Shown here: positions 52,290 to 64,000 of the stretch, piece by piece
How positions within the stretch are numbered: the first letter of the stretch is position 1
Layout of the letters: the number at the start of each line of letters is the position of its first letter
Assembly: GCA_015680685.1 (NCBI GenBank)
Contig: MNCI01002932.1
Coordinates: 191,052-255,051, forward strand
From: Gnetum montanum
Taxonomy: Eukaryota > Plantae > Gnetophyta
Reading direction: 5' to 3'
DNA length: 64,000 nt
Notes under the pieces: generated by a model
Databases searched by the model: none
What the model was told of the DNA's origin: nothing
Seen by the model: the letters and a program-made list of their open reading frames with translations, nothing else
Position numbers and translations under genes: made by a program

Positions 52290-54620
52290 CCTTGCTTCTT
52301 CTATCCTATCTACCATGGCTAGGTACATTACCTTTGTTGCCTCTGTACCAAAGGAGGTCATCAACAAAGTCAACTAGATCATTATGCATTTAATTTGGTT
52401 AGGAGGGAAAGGAGGTAATCATCTACATCTTGTTTGTTGGGAGAAGGTTGCTAAGGCCAAAATCGCAAGGGGCCTTGAGGTGCTAACTTTTGAAGATTCT
52501 ATTATGTTAGGGTACCAAGGTCTCATTAACTGAATTTTAGCAAATGATCATGAAGATATTTTGTGGATATCTATACTTAGGTGAAAGTACTAACTGTGGA
52601 ATGTGCAAAGTAATATGATTCATATCTCTAGTGAAACAACTACACCTACATCTAGATGCTTATCCCCACAAGGATGCTCCATGCATAATCACAAGAAATA
52701 TTTCACCAAAAGTATGAAATAGTGTCTGGCTAGCAAATAATCTGTAGGTGACATCTTCCCAAAAACATTAAATTCTTCATTTGGCTTGATTCTCAAGAAA
52801 CACTCCTACTCCATGCATTCTTCTAGGAGTACAAACTTGTTATTAACACCTCTTGAACCCTTTTCCATGTGGAGTAGGAAATGTTATAACACTTCATTTC
52901 TCTCTACCTTTTCACCATGAACATTTGGTGGGCCTCTAGGTTTCATCTTTCTCATAGCTTCACAAGGATACTCTAATGACTATTTTTCTATGGTATCTCT
53001 AGTGGGAAAAAAATGAGCTAATCTTCTATTGTGCCCCTATGCCATTTCCATACCAAATTGCATTATGAGGGTTCCGATTATGGAACAAAGCTTGCACCGT
53101 GATGGAGGCACATTGAAATTTGAACCAGAGTGCATGTCATTTTTTCAAAATCACATGTTGTCAAACAAGTTGCCTACATTGCATGGAAAGACCTCCTTCC
53201 TCTTCTTGTTGGGGGCCCTAACCTTGCAAACTAAGTGTTCTTTAGATGTTGGCAAGGAGACTACACAACATTCAATGGAGTGCACATTAAGCTAATAGAG
53301 AACACTATTGTTGTTTACCTCAGCATCTCGACTAAGGGGAAAGTGGTGTTGTTGATTAGGCATGGGCTTCAAGATGCTAAGGGTTTCTTTGCTAGGCCAA
53401 TGCTGAAGATAATCAATGGTCAAGTTCCCAAGTTGGAATTAGCTATACTCTGGCAAGAGGAAGCCAAGTTGTTAGAGCCTAGAATGACAAGATCATGTTC
53501 ATTTAATGTGGTCTACTAGCAATGGCTGTTGCTAGAGGAAGCCTTATCATCCTTTGCTTTTGATGGTGTAGTGGCCAGGGGGAGTTGAGGGTCTCCTACA
53601 GGGGCCTAGGGATAGCTCAGATTGGCAAGAGTCTGCAATTGATCTACAATAATGCTTAAGCAATGACTGCAACAAGCTAGGGAAATATTTGGAAGGAGCT
53701 GGAGGCTAAGTTTACCGTTGAACTTAGCAAGGCCACTACTGAGATTGAATCCAAGGTTAAGGCAAAGGAGTAGGCTAGGTGGGTGGAGAAGCTAACCAAA
53801 AGAAAGTATGAGTAGGTAATAAAGCATGAAGAGGAGTAATGGTACAAGGAGAGGGCATGGAGGAAAAGTATCTATAGGAGGCTAGAGAGGTTGCCCTTAG
53901 AAGTATGCTTAAGGATCAACTTTGGGCACAAATCAAGAAGGACCTTCATAAGGAGGAAGAGGAACACTTGGATAGAGAGGAGGAAGAAGTGACATAGAGA
54001 GCCCACACCTTCTTGGAGGAGGAACTAATGAAGCAAAGTCATGAGGTACCACATGAATGCAATGCCAAACACTGGCTACAAATGGGTAAGTGCCCCTATG
54101 TCATGGAACACCTCCTAGGCTATCCTATGAAAGTTTATATAGACCACCTCTAGCAAAATATAGTTGAACAAGGCTAAGAACCTTACTAGTGGGGTACAAG
54201 CTTAGAGAGAGGAGAAATGGAAGGAATTCCAAGAAGTAGCCACTTGTAGCTCCTAAATGCCACAAGGATATTTAGGACATGGCCCACATGCAAGAGTGGC
54301 CATAGTGTCTTTACACCATACTCCCCTACTTTCTTGTCTCTTGTTTAGGCGTGGTTTTCTTGTCTGTTGTTTGGTTTTTTTGTGTTTTGGTTTTGGAACC
54401 GACCTATGGAAGCATGGGGTCCTTGGGATAGGCTAATTTTAGTTCCCTATGTTGTATCTACGAATTGATAAGGGTCCATCCCTATTATTGTCTTTGGGGG
54501 GTTTTGCCCCCTCTATTCTTAGGGATTTCTCCCCCTTCAACCTTTAGGGGGTTATTTTTCCCACTACGTATAACTATTTTTTTCCTATAATATATTTCCC
54601 AACCTTTTCTTAGAAAAAAA
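52290..54620 (+). mobile_element. Decayed L1-like 3' region (different family from copies 1 and 2)
   Basis: HLHLVCWEKVAKAKIARGLEV at ~52420-52485, further coding-like remnants and a T/G-rich tail ending in an A-tract; continuity and boundaries uncertain. Confidence 0.5.
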
Positions 54621-56061
54621 CCAAAAAATGAATAGTGAAGTCTAGGAAAATTCCCAACCACTCCATTTTTAGGTCTTAACCTATTCTTTCCCTATACATG
54701 TTAGCTACTCATGCACTTAGATTATGAAGTGAAGTTTGTGAAACCATGGGTTCATACCCACCTTTGAACTAAACCTCATGTCATTCTAGTAAGATCAAGA
54801 TCTCTAGTCTCTCCTTTGCTAGGTTTGTCAAGATGTCTTTCTCCCATTTTTATAAGGAGAGTGGGACTTTAATTCATCCAAATTCTTCACACGATGGAGA
54901 GACAACTATACAATCTTTAGGAATATCTAAGATTTTCTTACAAAAGAAGTATATTGGCATGTAACTAGGTATATTGAATGAGGAGAGGGTTTTTGTTCTA
55001 AGTACTAGGAGTTTAAGGGATGTAGTTAAATTTTTCTCCAATGGTATTTAAATTACTACAAGTAGATAGATATCTAGGACCTCTTTGCCTCCCTTATGGT
55101 AGTACACCATTAAAGTGGTGTAGTGATTCCTAGTCTAATTCAACAATCTTTCTGATTGAAAGTTACACATTTCTTGCTTCGTAAGTGCTTTAGGCTAGGC
55201 TATTGATTGAATATTCTGAAGTTCTTCTTTGGATGTCTACAGAAGCAACTACTAAATTGACATTTTGAATTGGTTCTTGTCCTATAGTAGGTAGGACAAG
55301 TTAAGAAGAAGCACATTGCTCATGCAGTAGTGGGATTAAAATCAAACTTCTTAGGGCTATTGAGGACTTTGAGTTCTCAGTGAAATTCAAGGACTAGAAG
55401 AGATGCCAAATCAAGATGGAACAACTCAAGACACAAATTCAGATGGAATTCTAGCACGAAGTTACCAAGAAAAGAGGATAGGTGTGGTAGTGATAGGAGG
55501 CTCAAGCAAGGAAACAAGAAAGGTGGAGTGAAAGTGATGATAAGAGGTCCTTGGGTACATGCTAGGAAGTTACTTCCAAAACAATTTCCAGAGGTCACAT
55601 TATAAGAAGGCTCACTAAACTCCTCAACTTTAATGATAAAAAAGACACCTAATTCTTCCACTTGGATTGTGAATAGTAATTGCTCAAACCACATAACACC
55701 CCATAAGAACATTTTTACAAAAATCAAGTTTGCTAGTTTAAGATCCATCAAACGTGAAGATTAAATATTTTTGAAAATTTAATATGAAACCAAAAATAAA
55801 TTTTAATTTATGTCCATTGATACCCTTTTGGATCTATTGGACTACACTAGTTAAGAATTCATTTTACTATTAATTTTTATCTATAACTTAGCATCACCTA
55901 CTAGAATTGCACCTATGGCATGGATTTTCCATGCTAAGACTCTTACCACTAATACCTCCTTCTTATGAGCTAGAGACTTATAGTTCAAACCTTAAATCCT
56001 CTACATAACAAGGCTAAGTCTTACTCCTTCTTAGTCTATCCATTTGGTCAAGTTACCAAAT

Positions 56062-56114
56062 GTACTATGACTTACAAATCACAAGTTGCATGCTCTAACC
56101 AATTAAGCAATTAG
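56062..56114 (-). other. tRNA-derived fragment (decayed SINE head or tRNA pseudogene 5' half)
   Basis: TTGCTTAATTGGTTAGAGCATGCAACTTGTGATTTGTAAG resembles A-box/D-arm plus anticodon arm; no T-arm or B-box seen. Confidence 0.45.
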
Positions 56115-56229
56115 TTGTTGGATGTAATAGAGATGTAAAAATCAATTTGGAAGATAGTGGTGAATTAATGTGAGTGATTTTTTCTGTGAGTGATGAATGT
56201 ACTATGAAAAAATTTTAAGGATTTACCAC

Positions 56230-56600
56230 AACACTAAAGAAGACATCAAATTACATGTATGCTCTCATTATCATTGATGATAGCAAGTCTCTTCACATCA
56301 ATCTTGACTAAAAATCCATTCATATTATGATAGATGAGATTAGGTCATTATTCTTATTGAACATTATGAAGATGAAGGATGATCAAAGTGTAGTTGGGAC
56401 AAAAGCTCATAAGATCCCATTAGAAATTTGTGAAACATGTCCAATAGCCAAACAAAAAACTTATTCACTTGAATATTTGCAAATGAGTTGGTGGGTTCAC
56501 CATTAGAAGCACACAATATTTCATGGGTTTGATTGATTTCTACTAAAACTCTAAGGTTGCAACATTCTAAATATTCATATGCTTCTAGGTTCATATGAAA
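56230..56600 (-). mobile_element. Possible Copia RT N-terminal remnant
   Basis: EPTNSF...WLLDM and W...DVK-like remnants; very decayed. Confidence 0.3.
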
Positions 56601-57771
56601 AATCAGTTGGGACTAAATGCCAAAGCCATAAGTAGTGATAGAAATACAAGCATGCCGTGGTGGGAACATTTAATGATGTAATGTCTTTGTTGAAAGACCT
56701 GCAAACCTTGACTGCTAGGGCTGAGTTGGGTATTTTGGTTCAACTAAGTGCCCTCCATGACAACATAGTTTTTTTTGTCTTTGCACATAAGTAAGATATG
56801 GTTTCTGATGAATCAGTGCTTGCTTAGTAGGTTGAGTAGCTAATTATGTAGGTTGAAAAATAGGTCCCAAGTTATATACCTTCCCAAAATGAGAATGATG
56901 GTTGCATCTAGACAAAGCATTAGCTTGCAATATGGTTGAGACTCCCTAGTCCCTAAGCTTCCAATTAAATTTTGATTTGAATAGGTTTTGCACAAAATGG
57001 GAGATATTTTCAAGGAGCTATTGATGATCAATTTTCACACAACAAAAGGGCTTACTAGTGTGGTGGCTTGGATATGTGTTCAAATGATAGAGGACATCTA
57101 AGTGTTTCCATAGATTATCCTAGAAGGATCTCATGGTCATTTCTTTCATCCATTATTTTATTAAAATTATTGTAATGTTTTCATGATCAATGCTTAGAAG
57201 GGCTACGTCTCCACTCATTACCTCATGAATCACTAAAATGTCCAATGGTCCATTGAGCAACCTTGCAACCCTACCTCTCTATGATAAGAGACACCTTAAC
57301 CTAACCTGACTTGACCTAGGTGTCCCTAACCTTGACTAAGGGATTGACTCCTTTCAACAAGCTTGTTTCTTCCTTGCCATCATTTTCTTCTCAAATGAAA
57401 CCCTCATTTAATGTTGAGGTCTAGAGAGTAGCTGCATGCAACAACATTAACCAAGAGATTACTGGGGAAGTCCAATTGTTGGCAAAGAAGGACTCAAGTA
57501 GAGAATAACAAGTGGTCTCCAACCAAAAGGCTAATCGAGGTAGTCATAGTGGTGCTAACCATCACCCTACACTTGGTGCCCATCTCAAGGCCCTTGAAGG
57601 GGAAACCAATCTTCCAATTTGAAAGGTCTAAGTCACTTATCCAACATAGAAATTGATGCTTGTCGAGACTTTTGATGCTCACATTTGAGGCCTCAATGGT
57701 TATTCCACATAATAGTTTCAAGGTATGCAAATTGATGGAAACTCTGTTTCCCTAGTTTCCATACTTTCCTC

Positions 57772-58800
57772 ATGATTATTTTGTCATGTAACTACACCAG
57801 TTTACGAGGGCTAGAGAAAACTCATGTTCTCAAGTCTTCAGTTCATGATAATTTGATGGATGTTTTTTTGTTATAAGAAACCAAGCTTAGTAGCTTCCCT
57901 TGGTAGATATGGCATAGATGAAGGGGTGTTAAATTCCCATCTCAAGGTTTGAGTGGAGGCCTAATGTGTCTTTTTTGCATCCAATTTTGCTTTAGATAGG
58001 TTTTCTCTTCATCATATATTATAGGTTTTACTATATAGGAGTGAAAACTCTCAATATTTAAGGGTTCATTCTCCATAGACAAAGGCTTCAAACCAAGATT
58101 CTTTAGGTTGCTATAGAGAAAGATTGGCTCATTGGAAGTGACTGGAATACGGCTTAATGGCTCTTCCCATAGTTTAGTAGATCTCTTTTTAGTTGAACTT
58201 GAGCAATGTGGAGACCTAGCAGAACTCCATATTCCACTTACCTATTTCACATGGAAGAGGGAAACTGGATTTCCTCTAAGCTTGATTATTTCCTTCTTCC
58301 CAAAACTCTCTATCTCTATGGCCACCCAATAGGTAAGGCCCTTTCATGGATTTATTCAAATCATCATCTACTACATATCCCACTTACCTATTTCACATAG
58401 AAGAGGGAAATTGGATTGTCTCTAAGCTTAATTATTTCTTTCTTTCCAAAACTCTCTATCTCTATGGCTACCCAATAGGTAAATCCCTTTCATGGCTTTA
58501 TTCAAATCATCATCTACTACATATTCCACTTACCTATTTCACATGGAAGAGGAAAATTGGATTGCCTCTAAGCTTGATTTTTTCTTTCTTCCCAAAACTC
58601 TCTATCTCTATGGCCATCCAATCGGTAAGGCCCTTTCATGGCTTTATTTAAATCATCATCTAATTATTTTTCAATGGGAATGCCTTCTCCTTTGAAGTCT
58701 CCCTTTAGATTTGAAAATGTTTGACTTCAAAAGAAAAGAGATAGAGAAATTGAGTAAGATATGGCAACCAAAAAATGGAAGCATTGGGTAAAAAGAGCTT
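57772..58800 (+). pseudogene. LINE APE endonuclease remnant
   Basis: MIILSCN..LRG...DVFLL*ETKL, WLIGSDWN, FTW...SKLDYFL, SNHH. Confidence 0.8.
58228..58665 (+). repeat. Three tandem 146-bp units
   Basis: Units start at 58228, 58374, 58520. Confidence 0.95.
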
Positions 58801-58889
58801 AAAAATAGGTTGGATAATTTTTAAGCCTTTTGCAAAGGGTTTGAGAAGCAAACTTGGTCTCTAGTCTAATGAAGACATCACCCCACCCA

Positions 58890-59297
58890 TGTGTAATCCT
58901 CAACATGCTTTGTGTGAATGTCTTGTTTGGGTGTGTGTATCTTCTTGTATTGGCCTTGTTAGTGATGATTCTAGGGTATTTTGGCATGTGTGGGAATGTT
59001 TAGAAGTGTCAAGATGCTTAGGATCTTAAAGCAAGAATCTTGATTTTTTGTGAGCCTATCTAGAAAGGCATCTCCTTCATTCTCAAGATGTCTCCTACAA
59101 GACATCTCCCTCTTTAGCAAGATCTTTCCTCTAAGATCTAGTTGTTTTCAATTGGGACATCTTCTACTTTCCGAAACCATCTTGGTCAGTCATGGGACAT
59201 TATTGTATGGATTTTTAATGACTCAAATTATGAATTTGAATGGCAAAGAAGATGAAGAGTACTAGGAAAAGAGAGAGAGGAAGTCTAGGAATTAAAT

Positions 59298-59351
<54 letters not shown>

Positions 59352-61588
59352 AGCTAATTGCTTTGGTCTTCATCCTTCTATGTGTGACTAGTTTGCTTGA
59401 GTTTAGTGATAGGTTTGGATTGGATCATTTGTCTATCATTGGAAGTGTGTGCTTCCTTTGTGCTTGTAAATTTTTCTTTTGAACAAGAATAATTTACTTT
59501 TTATTTCTTGTTCAAATTGGCTTGATTTTGAATTAAGAGAGCTTGGATTATAGAATCCAAGGGAGCTCCTCATAAAATTGTTATTAGAGCACATGGAATT
59601 GATGACAGTTGTATTCAAGTTGATAATTCTCATCTCAATTGCAAATAATCACTTCAAATTCTCTAGCTTGGCTGAATTCTCTCTTTTATCTATTTCATGG
59701 ATTTATGGTTTGCAAAATTCCCTTTTTATTCTTGACTTATCATAATTTTAAAGAATTTAAAGATAATTGTAGAACTGGACACCCATTGGCTTCTAATAGG
59801 TAAGGTTTAAAGATCTTGAGCTCGTTTCTCTTAAATTTTGAGTATTCTTGGTTTCATTTCTTAAGAAATCTTGGAAATTTCACTTTTCCTTGTAGAATTT
59901 TATGAAATCTTCCTTTTAGATCATTTTTCATCTTCAAGCTTTGTCAAGAGACATGGATGATATGAGAAATGCTCTCAAGCTCATTGTTGAGAAACTTGAA
60001 AATTTAGAAGAGAACAAAGAGCATGCTTCTTCATGAAAAGAATCTAAGCAAGGGAATAACTTAAATTATTTCTTCACCAAGACCTTCTTCAAGACATTCC
60101 TCCATGTCATCTATTGAAGATGATCTTCCTTTTGGAAATGAAGACTTTGGAGAAGATGAAGATTAAAGATGATGCCTTTCTTCATGCTCCTAGTGTTGAG
60201 AATAAGCCTCAAGGGTTCATATTTCCAAGGAAAGCAAATAAGAAACTCTCTTCTAAGCCTTAAAGTAAGCAAGGTGGATGAATTAAGGTTGCTCTTGCTA
60301 AAGTTTTCAAACATGCTTTAAGAATGCCTCATGTTGAAGTCAAATACCTTAATGGAATGTAAGGTATAGAATCTTTTCTCTCTTGGCTTAAAATGATTAG
60401 CAAATGCTTTGAGCTTGAAGATGTAGAAGACTATCACATATGCCAAAACCAAATTGGAACGTATGACACTTGTATGATGGGAGAAGGAAAGGCATTCTTA
60501 TAAGGTGAATAATGGCACTCCTACCAAAGATTGATCTCTGATATAGTTCATGTGAAAGCAAAAATTTGAGAAGACTCATCATAGATAAGAGGCAATTCAA
60601 AAATTGAAATACTTAAGATAGGTGACAAGAGTGTTAAAGACTTCTAGATGGATTTTTGCAAAGCCTTCCAGTAAGCAAAAGTTCATTGGGATGACTATGA
60701 ACAAGCATCCAATTTCCAAGGAGGATTAAAGATGGAATATCAACAAGAGCTAACATTCTATGAGCCCCAAAAATTAGATGAGGCTTTTGAATTGTCTCTT
60801 AGGGCTAAGAAGAAACTTCAAGGCCACAATAAAAGTCCCAAATCTTCTAAGGGCAAGGACTCCAAAGCTTCAAAAGATGACAAGGAAGCCAAGGAGAAGG
60901 GAAATGCTAAAGAAGACACAAGTAAGAAGCAAGAGAAGTCCAAGGAGGGCTAAGATTTCAAAAAAGACTACTCCAAGAAAGGAAGTATCAAGGAAATGGC
61001 TATGCTTCCAAACTTTAATGCTTCAATTGTAGTTATATGAGACATAAGTAATGGAAATGTAAAAAGCCAAAGGTTTCCAAGAGCAAAGAACTCCAAACTA
61101 TGACTTGGTAGCAATACAAGGAAAATGTCCTTACAAATACTACATTGATCTTGCTAAGTGAGAAAAAATATCTACAAACATATGAAAAAGTTGGGCATGG
61201 TATTGTCATCATGTCAACACTTGCAACAAGTAAAGAGGAGCCCCCAAATGAACTTCCTCCAGTAATGCAACCCTTAGCATTGGAATTTGCTTATGTTTTC
61301 AATGGAAAATTGGAAGGGCTTCCACCAATGAGGTCCATTCAACATAAAATTGATTTTATGCCTTGAGCTACCATCTTCAATGAGAGAGCTTACCACATGA
61401 CTTTGGAGAAATTGCACAAAGAAGCAAGTAAATTACTCTCTAATGGCTTCATTAAGGAATCCATCTCTCTTTGTGCCATTCTAACTATACTTGTTCCAAA
61501 GAAGGATATAGATGAATTGAGAATGTGCATAGATTCTAGGGTTTTCAATAGGATTACTATCAAGCATAGGTTTCAAATCCCTAGAGTA
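58890..61588 (+). mobile_element. CRM-like chromovirus Ty3/gypsy fragment (probable LTR, gag, start of RT; no protease seen)
   Basis: GLKMEYQQEL..LDEAFELSL, CFNCSYMRHK*WKC, LPPMRSIQHKIDFMP, VPKKD..LRMCIDSRVFNRITIKHRFQIPR; 5' boundary approximate. Confidence 0.8.
59300..59347. repeat. (GA)n microsatellite
   Basis: Uninterrupted GA run of ~24 units. Confidence 0.95.
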
Positions 61589-62350
61589 TGTTGTATTTTG
61601 ATAAAGAATTATGCTAGTGTATTTTAACATCTTTCTTATGCTTATGTTTATGATTATCGTTCGTGAGGTTTGAATTACTAACTCATTATTTATATGTATT
61701 TTTTATTCATTAGTATGTTTATATGTGATTGGTATCTAATAGTGTATTTGGTTATAAGCTTATGTATAATAAATATTGAAGCAACTTATTGTGTAGTAGT
61801 AAGATTTGACCCTTGAACCTCTTGGTAAGTATACATGTTTTGTTATGTCTTAAAGTTTGGGTCTTAGAACTTGCTCTTATTAAATATTTGGAAATACTAT
61901 TATTTTATATTAATTTTTTAATTATTATTTCTTCGTATTTGCTAATTCTTGGTGACTCTAATAACAAAAGGGTTGGAAGGGTGGTGGTGGCTCATTGTTG
62001 GTATTTTATTTAATTATATTATATTTTATGTTATTTTAAGTTTTTTAGAATAATATAAGAATATATTTAAAATATATGTTAAATTTTTAATTATCCCCAC
62101 TATTTTCTTATTTTAACATGGAACTCATTCTTGGGCATGTTCACTATTCTAATATTGTTTTAGTGGCTTATACCTCTTAGTTGACCTTTTAATAATGAGA
62201 TGTTAACCTAAGACTCTTGATTTGAAAGCTTCAAGTCAAAAGGTTTGATTCTAGTGGGAAATGTTGAGTTATAAAGTTCTAATTGAACTGTATATCTTGT
62301 AATGTACCTATATTACAATTATTTCATGCTCCAACACTCCTCCCCTTAAG
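61589..62350 (-). mobile_element. Copia-like LTR (61589-62336) with PPT, truncating the CRM-like RT
   Basis: TGTTG...CAACA termini; CTTAAGGGGAGGAG|TGTTGG on the - strand; starts exactly where RT similarity stops. Confidence 0.55.
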
Positions 62351-62429
62351 TTGACTTTTGGACCCTTTTGTGGATACGTGTGACTTGAGATTAGAAAATA
62401 GATTAGTTAATTATTATTATTGGAATTTC

Positions 62430-63060
62430 TTAACCTTGGATTTTTGCCTATAAATACTTGAAAAAAATGACTCTCTATTGGTTAGAATGTTTAGAAATAA
62501 ACATCTAGAATTTGTAATAACTTTTAACCAAGTATCAATGAAGTCATTCTTGTTGATTAACCTGTTTTGTCTACTTCATTTCTTTGTATTCGAAATTATC
62601 TTTAGCCACTTGTTTTATAATTTATTTGGAAGCTTTGGTATATACTTATTTTCCAACAGCTAGAGCATAACTATGACCTTTCTTCAAGTGTCAAATATTG
62701 AATTCTTAAAGATGTCACTTTTTAGAAATAATTTCAAGCAAAAAAGCTCCTAGTGAAAGCTGAACAATTAATTTCTGACTAATGTATTCTTTGTTCTTTA
62801 TAAAGAGTTTTCTTCTTCTCTTTACAAGAAACCCTTTAGTAAGAAGTGAAAGCCCATGAAGGTGCTTCTAAATGAGAGTAAGGCCTAATTCTTTTCCTAC
62901 CCCATAGAGAGATTTTTTAGGATTTGTTGTAAGGATGAGAACCTAAAAAGGCATCCCATAAACCATTGGGATTTTTCTTTAGACTCTCTTTGATGTTTTG
63001 ATGTACTCTGAGTTTTTTTTTAAATATTATTATTCATTTTTTTTGGATCTGACATACCCC
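62430..63060 (+). mobile_element. 5'-truncated L1 fragment, same family as copy 2
   Basis: Collinear with 11225-11241 plus 21598-22160 (CTAGAATTTGTAA, GAGCATAACTATGACCTTTCTTCAAG); terminal GGATCTGACATACCCC. Confidence 0.85.
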
Positions 63061-64000
63061 TTCTCTGCGCATCAATTGTGCATTATGATTAGAGGCTTTG
63101 TTGTCATTATTTATATTTTTCAAAACCTAAGAAATTTAATGTTCGAGGTTATTACTATTTTGAACTTTGAACATTGATCATGGATGTATGTATTAGGATA
63201 CTCTATATGATAGATTATAGTGGATTAGTATTTATTTACTATTTACTAATTGATAGAGTAGTAGTTATTCTTGTTGGTATGGTACTAGCATTGCAAATTC
63301 TATTTTTAGAATTTATATTCATGGGTATGGTTTATCTTACATGATCAAGATATATGTGCTAAGGGATGCATAGTTATAGGTTTAATTATATGCTTCAATA
63401 GTTGTTACCATTTTACAATCTTTTGTTAGAGTAGTTTTATAATGTAAGTAATCTTATTAATATAAAGGTATTTGATTTATAGAATATTATCTTGTTGTAC
63501 TTATTCATATTATATGTTGTTATCATCTTGGTCATTTTTATTATAATGCAATACATGTATATATATCTTATTCTTTCAATACTAGATGTAATTTTTGTTA
63601 TAGTATAAATTTGTAGTCATGATTGTATGTTCTTTTTTCAATGATTATGAAGATATTTATCTTACATCATTCATAAGTTTCATTTCCATGCTATGCTATC
63701 TTATAGTATTTCAATTTTTTAGTATAAGAAATGATAACAAAAGTAAACATTGTGAACAAGATCTTTTTGGTAATGATTATGATTGAAAGAAACAAAGATC
63801 AAGGTAGTCTTCTAAGAATGTATATGATGTGATTATTAATGCTAAAGTTGGGAATGCCTTGGTATTTAGCATACTAAAAAGTTAGTAAAGTAACATAATT
63901 CTAACTATAAAAACATGACTCTTCATTGTTAAGTTTTTTAATTAGTGATGAGACGCGACATGCACTGTGCCGCGATATCGTGTCTTTCCCTGTGATATCG

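Noticed and set aside
7735-62663. Numerous 60-120 aa ORFs in the ORF track
   Set aside because: Mostly off-frame or antisense readings of decayed TEs or AT-rich DNA, not independent genes.

Overview
AT-rich, repeat-dominated eukaryotic nuclear DNA, most consistent with a land plant (Athila, CRM, Copia, plant L1 and RTE remnants). Almost the whole window is nested, decayed retrotransposon sequence with a strong C>T/G>A signature. It holds two long L1-clade LINEs (1-~4850, and ~6900-22170 split by an insertion). It also holds three related Athila-type Ty3/gypsy elements with TGATGA...TCATCA LTR ends and tRNA-Asp-type PBS: A (11242-21592, +, TSD CCTAG, gag-pol only), B (22468-~36717, -, gag-pol plus extra env-like ORF, mismatched LTRs) and C (40403-46593, -, TSD GAAGG, gag plus extra ORF, no pol). 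A CRM-like gypsy fragment, Copia LTRs/fragments, an RTE 3' end and several tandem duplications fill the rest. The one clearly non-TE stretch is a CG-rich island at ~4855-6880. It carries a minus-strand spliced gene model whose exon frames join up except for an 11-bp duplication, and its reconstructed product shows a tentative resemblance to mu-class glutathione S-transferases. No intact rRNA, tRNA, CRISPR array or confidently intact protein-coding gene was seen. All family assignments are by eye from remembered motifs; no database search was run.
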